Shown here piece by piece: positions 29,701-37,081 of a stretch of DNA of 46,055 bases. Positions within the stretch are counted from its first letter, which is position 1. The number at the start of each line of letters is the position of its first letter. This stretch comes from a virus (lineage: Duplodnaviria; Caudoviricetes), in IMG/VR virus record IMGVR_UViG_3300027892_000051, positions 1-46,055 of that record; one strand, written 5' to 3'. Both the position numbers and the translations under genes were made by a program. The notes beneath the pieces are model-generated. The model was not told where the DNA came from. It was given only the letters and a program-made list of their open reading frames with translations, and ran no database searches.

Positions 29701-32700
29701 TGGATATGCAACAGACCTGTGCAGTTATAATTGTAGTCTGTATGTTGGCGCACCAAACAGCAGTCTCCAGCAATTAAAAGGTGGCATAGTTGAAAGACAT
29801 ATCAATCAAAGCCGCGCATATGGAATTACCACTGCCACATTGGCCAATGCCAACTTAAATAGTGGCGATACCATTAGAATCAACAACCAAGATGTTGTGG
29901 TTCCTAATGCATGGAACAATACTGCATCTTATGCAACAGATATTGTGGTGTACAACTACAGTGCTGCCACTGCAATAACTTCAATATATTTGAGTTTGCA
30001 AAGTGTGCCTGCAGGTACTGCACTATCCAACACTTCGTATTGGTCAGCAATCACAACAACCGCAGTTGCCGCCAGCGCAGAAGTACGTGCGTTGGCCGTA
30101 CAAATCAATGTGGATGTTCCTAATGTACAGGCCACAGTTGACATTGACGGGTATCTGACTATTGCGGTTCAGAATTCAGCAGCAGCGCCAGTTGGTGACA
30201 AATTAAATGTTGCACCAGGCAGTGTTGGCACCACATTTGCTGATCTTGAGTTTGAAACTTATGTGTTTACCCAAACAATTAATAGTCCATATCCTGCAGA
30301 CTATGCTGGGTTTGGCAGCAGTCTCAGCATTGAAGATAGTGCTATAAATCTAGTGGTTGGTGCACCTCGAGGTACACTGTATCTGATCACAATTTTTGAT
30401 CTCAACAACACAGTGTTTGACGAAGATGCCACAGACTTTTTTGATCAAACTGTACAAAGTGGTGCTGTTTACACCTATGATTTGCTGGCCAGTGCTACCC
30501 CATCTGTCAGCAACCCAGACAAGTTTGTGTTTGGCCAACAAATTGACAATCCTGATGTGGTATCTTACGATCAATATGGCACGGCAGTGAACTACACTGA
30601 CGGTGTGTTGTTCACAGGTGCACCGGGCAACGAATTTGAAGACAGCACACTCACAGCAAACTATGGACGAGTATTTGTGAGTACCAACGAAACTCGTACT
30701 CCATCTTGGTCTGTGTTGCGTGAGCAGAAACCTGTAGTAGATGTAAGATTGTTAAACTCTGTTTACTCTTATGATAGACTTACATCAGCCACCACACAGT
30801 ACTATGATTTCTTCAACCCATTGCAAGGCAAGATCCTTGGAGCTGCTAGACAAAACTTGGACTACATTGGTGCAGTAGATCCTGCCAGCTACAATGTTGG
30901 CCCTGTTGGTATACGTGGCACCACCTGGGGACAAAGTCGTGTAGGTGAAACATGGTGGGATACCAGCACAGTGAGATTTATTGATCCCAATCAAGATGAT
31001 ATTGTGTATGCAAGTCGTCGTTGGGGGCAAGTGTTTCCTGGCAGCAATGTGGACGTTTATCAATGGATTGTGAGCACAACATCTCCCGCAGACTACGTAG
31101 GAGAAGGAACTCCATACAGCATTGATAGTTATGTGGTAAACACGGTGTTAAGTGCCAATGGTATTTTTAATACTGAATATTATTTTTGGGTGCGCGGCAT
31201 AACTGCTACTGCCACACAAAAAGGCAAAACTCTGCCAGTCAGTACAGTGGCCAACTATATTGAAAACCCCAGAGCATCTGGTATAACTTATCTTGCACCC
31301 ATTGATGCCAGTACCATTGCATTGTACAATGCTGGTGATTACATCAACGCACAAGACACAATTATCAGCATTGAGTTTGACAGAGAATTAACCAGTGACA
31401 ATGTTCACGTTGAATATGAGTTGGTTGCGCAGGACCGTGAAGATGCATTCATCAGCAGAAATTTATACCGCAAAATGCAAGACAGCTTCTGCGGTGTTGA
31501 TACCAACGGCAGTCTAGTGCCCGACATCAATCTTGGTGTGGCAGAACGATATGGTGTGCAGTTCCGCCCACGTCAAAGCATGTTTGTGGATAGATTTGCA
31601 GCGTTGAGAAACTACTTGACTCGTGCCAATACAGTGCTGGCAAGATATGCCATTGCCGAAAGCCGCCAGTTTGTGTTGTTAAATAGCAGTGAACCTGAGC
31701 CGCTGGCAGGCACAGGCGCATGGAACAAACGTGTGGAAAATTTGGAAATACTTGAGTTCCAAAATATTAATATTGTGGTACTGGGGTACAAATACCTGGT
31801 AGTCAGTGATTCTAGCAACAGAGGACTATGGACAATTTACACTGTTGAAGAAAGAGATACTGGCGCCGGCATTGTAAGAATTTTGCAATTGACTCAGGTA
31901 CAAAATTATGACACCAAACAATACTGGAGTTATATCAACTGGTATTTGCCAGGATACAATAGCAGTAGCAAAATTATTGCTGAAGTTCCAAATGTATCTA
32001 GTCTTGACACGTTGAATGTCGTTGTTGGCAGTAGTGTAAAAGTCACTGCCAACAGTCTGGGTAAATTTGAAATTTATCTGCGTGGTGCCACTGGGTTTGA
32101 ACGTGTGGGATTGCAAGATGGCACAATTGAATTTTCTGCACAATTATGGGATTACCAACTAGGACGTTTTGGTTTTGATGTTGAAGTGTTTGACGCTCAA
32201 TATTATGACCAAGAACCTGTGATTGAAACACGCAAGATCATCCAGGCCATCAACGAAGAATTATTCATTGATGACTTGCAAATTGAACGCAATCGTCAAC
32301 TGACATTGATGTTCAACTTTGTGCTCAGCGAATTTGCTGCTCCTGAATGGTTGGTCAAAACCAGTCTGATTGATGTGGAACACAGAATTCGTAGTTTGAC
32401 AAAATTTCAAAACTACAGTCGCGACAACCAAGAGTTTGTGCTGGACTATATTCAAGAAGTCAAACCGTATCATGTGCAAGTCAGAGAATTCAATCTGCGT
32501 TACAACGGTTTTGACCAATGGTTTGGGGACATGACTGACTTTGATTTACCAGCATACTATAACACCAGTTTGCAAATTCCTCAGTTTACCAGTCCCATCT
32601 TGTTGCCGTATGTTCACAGTACGTCATTTAATTCTGAAACAAATAACCTCAGTGATTTACCGGCCAACTCAACTGTATGGGCATCATGGCCATATAGCCA

Positions 32701-35700
32701 ATGGTTTGAAAATTATTTGTTAAGGTTGGATTCTGTTGATCTGATAAATGGTGGGTCAGGATACACCGAGCCCCCTGAAGTTGAGATTACTCCTAATCCG
32801 AACGATCCTGCACCAGAAGTTCTTGCTCAGGCTGTGGCAGTGTTAAATGGAATAGGACAAGTGGTTGGTATAAATGTCACGGTCAGTGGATCAGGTTATC
32901 ATTCCACGCCAACAATTACTTTCATTGGTGGCAATGGCACAGGTGCCATAGCATATCCACGTATGACAAATGATGTTGTTCGTCAATTCCGCACAGTAAT
33001 ACGATATGACAGATTCCAGTATCAAACTACAATCCAGATCTGGAGCAGTGAAGGCACTTACGAAAACGGTACCTTGGTTCGATACAACGATCGTGTATGG
33101 TCCGCACTCAATGCTGACGGCAGTTCAGCAGTGGTGGGCCCAACATTTGATTTGGAAAATTGGGCAGTGGTCAACGCAGCCACATACACTTATCCAGGCA
33201 GCACACAAGCCACTGGATTGACTGGTGTTGACCGTACCATGGGCCTTTATGTGCCCGGAGCCAACGAATTTGGACTAGAATTACCATTGTTGGTAGATGG
33301 TGTTGATTATCCTGGTGTACAAGTTTTTGGCGATTACTTCACAGGCACACAAACACTGGACGCCAACTATCAAAGCGAGTTTGCTGACATTTATCTTGGT
33401 GAACGTTTTAGTGATATCAACGTGGATGGTGGCGAGTTCGTTGGGCCATATGAAGGTCATGCACCAGAAGAACTGGTAAATGGATCAGAGTACGACACAT
33501 TGGACATGCGTATCTACACTCGTCCAGGATCAGACTGGCAGAACGACGGACACGGCTTTCAAATTGGCACAATTCGTTACACATTTGAACCGGGCATTAC
33601 ATTTGATTACAGTTGGGCCGGCATTGTAGATAATCCAATCAACATAGTTGTGTCTAACTTGACCACTGGTCGAGTATTAGCAAGTGGCAGTGATTATGTT
33701 GTTAATTGGGACGAAGGCACAGTTACTATCGCTATCACCCCCAATGTCAATTCAGGTGCTATTATCAGCATAGATGTTTATGAAATTGGCGGCGGAAGTC
33801 AGTTATTCAAAGGCAACTACACAGGCATAGATGTTATAGCAGACAACAACACAATAATTGTTCCAGTTGGATATAAAGAAATTGTGAACGTTTATGTGTT
33901 TGTAAATGGCAACTTGGTGGCAAGTCCAGAAGTTGCTGCATACACTGCCAGTCAGGCATATAATATAAATGACACATATCAATCTGTTGATATTGTATTC
34001 AACAACAATGCACTAGCAGTGACCAATACAGTGAGTGGATCTAATTTAATCACTTGCAACAGCACCAGTGCGCTGACCATTGGTCAACCAGTTGTTTTCT
34101 CAGGCACAGTGTTTGGTGGAGTTGTTGCAGCACAAGAATATTATGTGCAAAGCATTCTCAACGGAACACAATTTTACATAACAAATATTGCAGGATCTAC
34201 TACCCCATTGGCCTTGACCACAGCATCAGGCTTGATGACTGGATCACCAAAAGGCACATACTATCGTGCTGTTCAAACAGTTCCTCCTGGTATTGTGTTG
34301 ACTAACACCAACTATTGGATACCGTTTGTTCCTTCTGTTCGCAGTGAAGTCGTTATCACAGCCACCATCACAGCCACTGATGAAATATCACTATTAGTAT
34401 TAGGGAATGCAAACAGTATCACAGTGACTGACACGCAAGCATTGGGCAATGCTATTGTGTTGCTGGGGTCAACTGCATCATTAAGTGTGGGGCAAACTGT
34501 CACATTCTCAGGCTATAGTCTAGGTGGGGTGTTAACAGGCACCACTTATAATATACTCAGCATTGTTGACGACTCAATGAGCGCAATTACCATTACAGAA
34601 GATGGTATTACAGAAGTCTCTTTGATTGACGACGAAGCCACTTGGTCTGGGGAATTGGTGGCAAAATTTGTGCCCACAATTTATCAGAGTTGGAGTACTC
34701 CTGTAATTGAGATATTTGTTGTGGACCAAGTCATTATTGACAGCAGTTCTGTAGAGATTGAAACTGCACCTATTTTCAGCAATCCAGCCAACATGATCGT
34801 CATGATCAATGGTTACAGAATACTTGGCCCAAGTTGTATAGAATGGATTGGTGATGGCACCACTGCCAGTTTTGGACTACCACAACGTATGGGCACAAGT
34901 TTTTTACAATCAACAATTGATGCTGTGAACGATATTCAAGTGTACGTAAATGGCGTGTTGCAAAAACAATCATTTGGTGCCGAAATTGGTGTTTACAGTG
35001 TCACAAACTGGGACGGCAGTAACACTCCTGGACGACAAGTTGTGTTTGATGCAGTTCCAGCTGATGGTACAGTTATTGTGATTGCAGTCAGCACCCTGGT
35101 CGACGGTGAGTTTGCATACAATCCTGTTGTGCCAGAATTTACATCTACCTTGCAAATTTCCAGCACACTTAACTTGGGCGATATTGTGCAGGTTATTACT
35201 TGGAATGACACCCGTGAACAAAATGCATTGACATTGACATTTGCTGGACCAGTGCAAACAGGCACAACAATTTTCCAAGCATACGACGAAACGGATTACG
35301 ACAGCCCAACGCTGAATGATCCAACACAACCGTTGCCTGGAGAATTTGCTTTTGAAGTAGGAACATCAAGCCCAACTAACGATTTTGATTTGTTACGTGA
35401 TAACATTGATGCCAGCAGACTATGGGTCACATTAGATGGCTACAGATTGTTCGAAGGCAGTGATTATACTATTCAAGGACAATATTTGATACTGGCACAA
35501 GGTGCAATTGGCGCGGCTCAAGTATTGATTGTCACTGAGTTTACTAATTCTGTGGTACCCGAAGCCATTGCATTCCGTGTGTTCCAGGACATGCGAGGAG
35601 TGCAAGCCACTTATAGAATGACCACAGCTACCACTACACAAGTGGCACAAGCAGTCAGTGCCACTGCTGATGTTGTTTATGTGGAAAATGCAGCAGCATT

Positions 35701-36283
35701 GAGTGAACCTGACTTGCCTGCTGGAGTTTTTGGCGTCATATCCATTGATGGCGAACGCATCATGTACAGGTATCGTGATTTGGTCACTAACAGCGTTTCT
35801 GGATTACAACGTGGCACAGCCGGCACAGCAACCAATAGTCATGCAGTAGGCGCAGACGTTTATGACATTGGACGCGGCAACTTGTTGAATGTTCAGTATC
35901 AAGACTACGTGGTCAAAGACACAGGCATGGGCGATGGCACAACTGCTGTGTTCTATGCTCCTAGCATTGACATTGCAGACTTTGGTGATTCTAGTACTGT
36001 GTATGTGGAAAGTATTGAAGTTTATGTGGGTGGTGTTCGCCAATACAACTACAGTGATACCACTGCCAACAGCGAATATCGTTATATTGTTTCGTTGTTT
36101 GATCCATTGGCCATTGAGTTCATAGTTGATGATACATATCCAGCACCGGCTGCAGGCAGTGAAGTGACCATACTACAACGCCGAGGTAAAACTTGGTATG
36201 AGCCCGCTAATGGCAACCCCAGCAACGGTGTAGCATTACAAGAAACTGATACAATAGCCGCAAGGTTTTTGTGTGACAGATAA
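20726..36283 (+). CDS. Giant (5185 aa) modular baseplate wedge/fibre protein, in the gp7 position
   Basis: Single open frame, TAATG-coupled to gp6. YIQEVKPYHV motif like baseplate wedge proteins; FG-GAP-like blades, CBM-like W..Y..G..V.Y repeats, cupredoxin-like and other beta modules. Confidence 0.75.
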   Translation: MARTRSVDFLPEIFRTPVNKQFLAATLDQMVQEPKFKKTQGFIGRTVGPGVNPNDSYVVEPDQIRQDYQLEPGVISLEPDTQNVKNVITYPGMNDAIGFQGGDQARADQLYNSEYYTWDPFVDYDAFINFSQYFWLPSGPETVDVRSLGIPTNDNFVVTRENGVYTFSGLSGNNPTIDVVRGGSYTFQVAQNAKETVNYRVTNNSTTAYLIDFQSNPTLTLARGNTYVFNITLNGVYPFWIKTALSLGTGDAYNSGVLRNGSSFGLVTFVVPQDAPNTLYYVSENQTNLRGTINIVNGTPGTGPGFWIQTAPGVDGVVPTTPNLSNRGVYGVTNNGEDLGIVTFDVPQKTAQEFYYNLTDVGPVDLLTELKFNQINNQPLEQFITTYGGIDGTTYLNGRTLVFTNSIADAEDGGWIETTFYDPLPRLDSFNGAVGSYDSINFDQSTEVPLADRYQIWQISTVDRDGVEYISLSKIADVDINEKFTISYGNTYSNTSWYKNAVGYFQRIPLLTALFNELYYQDGTDPEIFGKIRLLDQTETSTIFVDQIIGQKTYTSPNGVALTNGLKVRFTGDVLPVSYGSGTTTFTCTATQAGSNYITCSSTDGLYEGEEIVFSGTTAGGIVAGQSYYIKSLAANGIQFSIATVADGATFELSTATVVGFTAVAIANNEFYVAGVGTAIELLPVRNFITPETYVVDARDSTIATEPGEVDYLTVDRASKDLNAWTRSNRWFHIEVIQASATYNNNVADLDNNYRAKRPIINFRPDIRLYNMGTEGKQPVDIIDFSETDALSNIEGSTGYSVDGYTFVDGSRVIFAADSDPEVRNKIYVVQFITPDSVAPLITQPIINLVVASDGAVLLDQSLVCLEGTTQKGVSFWYDGVQWTEAQQKTGIQQAPLFNVYDLTGISFGDRVKYPSSTFTGSKLFSYAVGDTGILDPILQFPLQYLNINNVGDIVFENNLYKDTFLYVEDNVSIVSDISSGVAREYVDRIAFGKLIGWQTAAASSQQYQQFKFTYTGQTLKLDVAVSTNSVLPPIKIYVSSDFLMPDEYSYLVGADSTTITLVNTYLPTNIIEVLVLSDQTSSTAFYQVPINLQNNPLNTNSPSFTLGTIRTHYESICENLLTLLGPVNGANNTRDLGNIVPYGATILQQSSPLTLAGYFLRSEKYNIFSSLQYNSNEYLKFKGQMLNTAIQQVVQFQTAGEILDIAIADITLGRIETQPFYWSDMIPAGAVYQTTTYTISNTTGDTFDIVNVYNYTSANYLGMNVYLNDVILSRDLDYAVATDGPRIVVSVTLSLGDVLTINEYSTTYGSFVPNTPTKLGLYPAFRPEIITQKTSSGLQTVIVGHDGSITKTFGDIRDDVLLEFETRIFNNLKLDGNPVPISIAEVLPGQFRTTGYSIADVNNILATDFLSYVAWNKLDYKTQDYSAANEFSWNYSGSTSRLDNDALPGAWRGIYRYYYDTQQPAETPWEMLGFSIRPTWWNLVYGDGPYTQDNLVLWDDLAAGYVADPAAPYYRPEYARPASIDPNTGEPSLLPVIPTSSEGELLSPFDSVVGTYNDTTFRKSWAVGDGGPVEASWWNSSAYPFAVMRLLALTRPAKFFALFADRDLYKFDADLDQYLYNNRYRLNANDLEIYGNGVSKASYIDWIVDFNRQSGVDSTADLTADLGALDVRLCYRMASFSDKQYIKIYTEKSSPNSTNTTFLIPDESYDLVLYKNQPFDRASYSAVVIQKVAGGYAVFGYSTSQPYFNIIQSIYAGRLQTYSAGGATVQVPTFYTNNVTQIPYGFIFASETAVSDFLLSYGKYLERQGLIFDNRTNGYELNWGQMVNEFLYWSQQGWDENALINLNPLAFRLSISREQAVVDSIAAQTSDNILLDQNRRELPTRNLIITRLDNTFTAEPATDQTLSYIDLKYTSYEHMIVLNNASVFGDLIYQPVTGARQSRLNLIAVTTTEWNGSVDAQGFILNQDNIQEWNSYTTYTKGEIVKYKGAYWSAASIVQPTAVFNANNWLASDYTQIELGLLPNLANKADQLQNSYNINTANLETDNDLLSYGLIGFRPRQYMTSLNLDDVSQLNVYRQFLGSKGTILSAELFAQANLGKESADYSIYENWAVQRAVYGANANRSFFQLRLNRALLDSNPSLIQIVNPQETSQADQIVLVSDIWRESYNITSPDILPTTTTLPTDIALPTAGYVNLDDVDITVFDIDNTDSLAANINSIGVGTNVWVAKINAYDWAIYRTQSVPGTINHVCDNLDGTSLVIFSGQHGLTVNDKLVIRFFDTEVDGVYTVLSIVSLDTITVAFSFTGDRTVGNGTGLGFTLQTQRVAQASDVLNLPYANTIEPGAKVWVDDNGQGLWSVLEKQDVFAELLGLSPSEVDQGEQYGSAIAQAQNRYAALVGSPRYRFPVGATEWAFANEYVEFSIVYVPDPLQTEFFYAPAPVPQGISIYNTAYWTPYPLTNLPPRGGVYVYVKGDSNVYAPVSALAPNDAVLSLDVLDVSGGVYNGQTAARGYGTSVDFGNQTWAVAGAPGSLGSTGAVDNGYAVVIFRDPQLAAPGNIPYGQWQLLTSPGSTTAAEEFGYSVAISQDERWIYVGAPGVNAVYAFGRVDWQLQNLKAVGDGATTNYFIGNAIKIDANTQLTVSVDGDEQILGTDYVVLNSLTMVVFTTPPAEGNAIEIIRTSRKILDYQATYNLGQSATSGSGLGAKFTVVYQRNEIGQPAASKGLVSVTTPGANYTVSDTITLSAASFGGSVTNGNITLTVTSIGAGGSVTGFSIAYSPSVLVSTFSLNEYLFSADNIYSFTLLVDGVVQRPNIDYTFNNATYDVTFAAASNPPAGASIIVRAEGYFEYSGTITYTGSQAGDRFGHTVSTSTDGRQVLIGAPHTTESSLTEAGTVYVFDRDVQRFFYGTDGSTVSFTTLGSVAAPVSVLVNDTFFVNELSAGPDETDTFSVNSNIVTILGNLQVGDIIEIETNSLQFVQSVTQNTVEEFSNFGYATDLCSYNCSLYVGAPNSSLQQLKGGIVERHINQSRAYGITTATLANANLNSGDTIRINNQDVVVPNAWNNTASYATDIVVYNYSAATAITSIYLSLQSVPAGTALSNTSYWSAITTTAVAASAEVRALAVQINVDVPNVQATVDIDGYLTIAVQNSAAAPVGDKLNVAPGSVGTTFADLEFETYVFTQTINSPYPADYAGFGSSLSIEDSAINLVVGAPRGTLYLITIFDLNNTVFDEDATDFFDQTVQSGAVYTYDLLASATPSVSNPDKFVFGQQIDNPDVVSYDQYGTAVNYTDGVLFTGAPGNEFEDSTLTANYGRVFVSTNETRTPSWSVLREQKPVVDVRLLNSVYSYDRLTSATTQYYDFFNPLQGKILGAARQNLDYIGAVDPASYNVGPVGIRGTTWGQSRVGETWWDTSTVRFIDPNQDDIVYASRRWGQVFPGSNVDVYQWIVSTTSPADYVGEGTPYSIDSYVVNTVLSANGIFNTEYYFWVRGITATATQKGKTLPVSTVANYIENPRASGITYLAPIDASTIALYNAGDYINAQDTIISIEFDRELTSDNVHVEYELVAQDREDAFISRNLYRKMQDSFCGVDTNGSLVPDINLGVAERYGVQFRPRQSMFVDRFAALRNYLTRANTVLARYAIAESRQFVLLNSSEPEPLAGTGAWNKRVENLEILEFQNINIVVLGYKYLVVSDSSNRGLWTIYTVEERDTGAGIVRILQLTQVQNYDTKQYWSYINWYLPGYNSSSKIIAEVPNVSSLDTLNVVVGSSVKVTANSLGKFEIYLRGATGFERVGLQDGTIEFSAQLWDYQLGRFGFDVEVFDAQYYDQEPVIETRKIIQAINEELFIDDLQIERNRQLTLMFNFVLSEFAAPEWLVKTSLIDVEHRIRSLTKFQNYSRDNQEFVLDYIQEVKPYHVQVREFNLRYNGFDQWFGDMTDFDLPAYYNTSLQIPQFTSPILLPYVHSTSFNSETNNLSDLPANSTVWASWPYSQWFENYLLRLDSVDLINGGSGYTEPPEVEITPNPNDPAPEVLAQAVAVLNGIGQVVGINVTVSGSGYHSTPTITFIGGNGTGAIAYPRMTNDVVRQFRTVIRYDRFQYQTTIQIWSSEGTYENGTLVRYNDRVWSALNADGSSAVVGPTFDLENWAVVNAATYTYPGSTQATGLTGVDRTMGLYVPGANEFGLELPLLVDGVDYPGVQVFGDYFTGTQTLDANYQSEFADIYLGERFSDINVDGGEFVGPYEGHAPEELVNGSEYDTLDMRIYTRPGSDWQNDGHGFQIGTIRYTFEPGITFDYSWAGIVDNPINIVVSNLTTGRVLASGSDYVVNWDEGTVTIAITPNVNSGAIISIDVYEIGGGSQLFKGNYTGIDVIADNNTIIVPVGYKEIVNVYVFVNGNLVASPEVAAYTASQAYNINDTYQSVDIVFNNNALAVTNTVSGSNLITCNSTSALTIGQPVVFSGTVFGGVVAAQEYYVQSILNGTQFYITNIAGSTTPLALTTASGLMTGSPKGTYYRAVQTVPPGIVLTNTNYWIPFVPSVRSEVVITATITATDEISLLVLGNANSITVTDTQALGNAIVLLGSTASLSVGQTVTFSGYSLGGVLTGTTYNILSIVDDSMSAITITEDGITEVSLIDDEATWSGELVAKFVPTIYQSWSTPVIEIFVVDQVIIDSSSVEIETAPIFSNPANMIVMINGYRILGPSCIEWIGDGTTASFGLPQRMGTSFLQSTIDAVNDIQVYVNGVLQKQSFGAEIGVYSVTNWDGSNTPGRQVVFDAVPADGTVIVIAVSTLVDGEFAYNPVVPEFTSTLQISSTLNLGDIVQVITWNDTREQNALTLTFAGPVQTGTTIFQAYDETDYDSPTLNDPTQPLPGEFAFEVGTSSPTNDFDLLRDNIDASRLWVTLDGYRLFEGSDYTIQGQYLILAQGAIGAAQVLIVTEFTNSVVPEAIAFRVFQDMRGVQATYRMTTATTTQVAQAVSATADVVYVENAAALSEPDLPAGVFGVISIDGERIMYRYRDLVTNSVSGLQRGTAGTATNSHAVGADVYDIGRGNLLNVQYQDYVVKDTGMGDGTTAVFYAPSIDIADFGDSSTVYVESIEVYVGGVRQYNYSDTTANSEYRYIVSLFDPLAIEFIVDDTYPAPAAGSEVTILQRRGKTWYEPANGNPSNGVALQETDTIAARFLCDR

Positions 36284-36288
36284 CACGG

Positions 36289-36295
36289 ATAAATA
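36289..36295 (+). promoter_or_regulatory. Late promoter-like box ATAAATA
   Basis: 7 nt before the ATG at 36303. Confidence 0.5.
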
Positions 36296-36302
36296 AAAGA
36301 CC

Positions 36303-36455
36303 ATGTCAAACACAGCACCAAAACAGGCAACCGAATCACAAAAAACTGCACCACAGTCGCGCCGCCCAAACGAAACTGGCACAATCAGTGTGCAAGCGCA
36401 CATGAGGATTTTTGATCCAAAAACACAAAAAACTTATGTGGAGGGACGAGCATGA
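36303..36455 (+). CDS. Small 50-aa protein (absent from the ORF track)
   Basis: MSNTAPKQATESQKTAPQSRRPNETGTISVQAHMRIFDPKTQKTYVEGRA. Fills the gap exactly, follows a late box, and has an ATGA overlap with the next gene. Confidence 0.75.
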   Translation: MSNTAPKQATESQKTAPQSRRPNETGTISVQAHMRIFDPKTQKTYVEGRA

Positions 36456-37057
36456 TTCAGCCTGGACTGTGCAAAATTGAAGGATTTGTCAAGATACATG
36501 ATCCTAAAACTGGTGAAGTTCTTGTGGACAAAAAGAACGCAATTCACTACGAGAATATCAGTTTGGCCATGGCTCAAACTCTAAGCGATCGCAACACTGG
36601 TTATATATACGAAATGGCATTTGGCAACGGTGGATCCAGCGTAGATCCCACAGGTGTTATTACATATTTGCCCCCAAATACCACAGGTCAAAACGCCGAC
36701 CTGTACAACCAAACTTACGCCAAAGTAGTGGATGACAATTCTGCAGCTGATACCGACCCCGAAAACAACAAAATGACACCGTTGCATGTGAGTGGCAATG
36801 TTTACAGTGATATTTTGGTAACGTGTTTGTTGGACTACGGCGAACCGCCAGAACAGCAGGCATTTGACAATTCAACCAATTTCAGTGGTGAATTTGTGTT
36901 TGACGAACTTGGATTAAAAACATGGAATGGATCAGTAGACAATCTAAGGTTGGTTACTCACGTGATTTTCCATCCTGTACAAAAGAGTTTGAATCGTCAG
37001 ATTCAAATTGATTACACCCTGCGTATACAGACGCTGAGTAACATAAATGCTGTATAA
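36452..37057 (+). CDS. Putative baseplate/fibre-attachment structural protein
   Basis: MAFGNGG...FDELGL...HPVQKSLNRQIQIDYTLRI pattern; GGAGG RBS; position in the module. Confidence 0.6.
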   Translation: MIQPGLCKIEGFVKIHDPKTGEVLVDKKNAIHYENISLAMAQTLSDRNTGYIYEMAFGNGGSSVDPTGVITYLPPNTTGQNADLYNQTYAKVVDDNSAADTDPENNKMTPLHVSGNVYSDILVTCLLDYGEPPEQQAFDNSTNFSGEFVFDELGLKTWNGSVDNLRLVTHVIFHPVQKSLNRQIQIDYTLRIQTLSNINAV

Positions 37058-37060
37058 ATA
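37053..37060 (+). promoter_or_regulatory. T4-type late promoter TATAAATA
   Basis: Exact T4 late consensus 21 nt upstream of the fibre gene ATG. Confidence 0.7.
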
Positions 37061-37081
37061 TAGCAACTAGGAACCTTTGAC

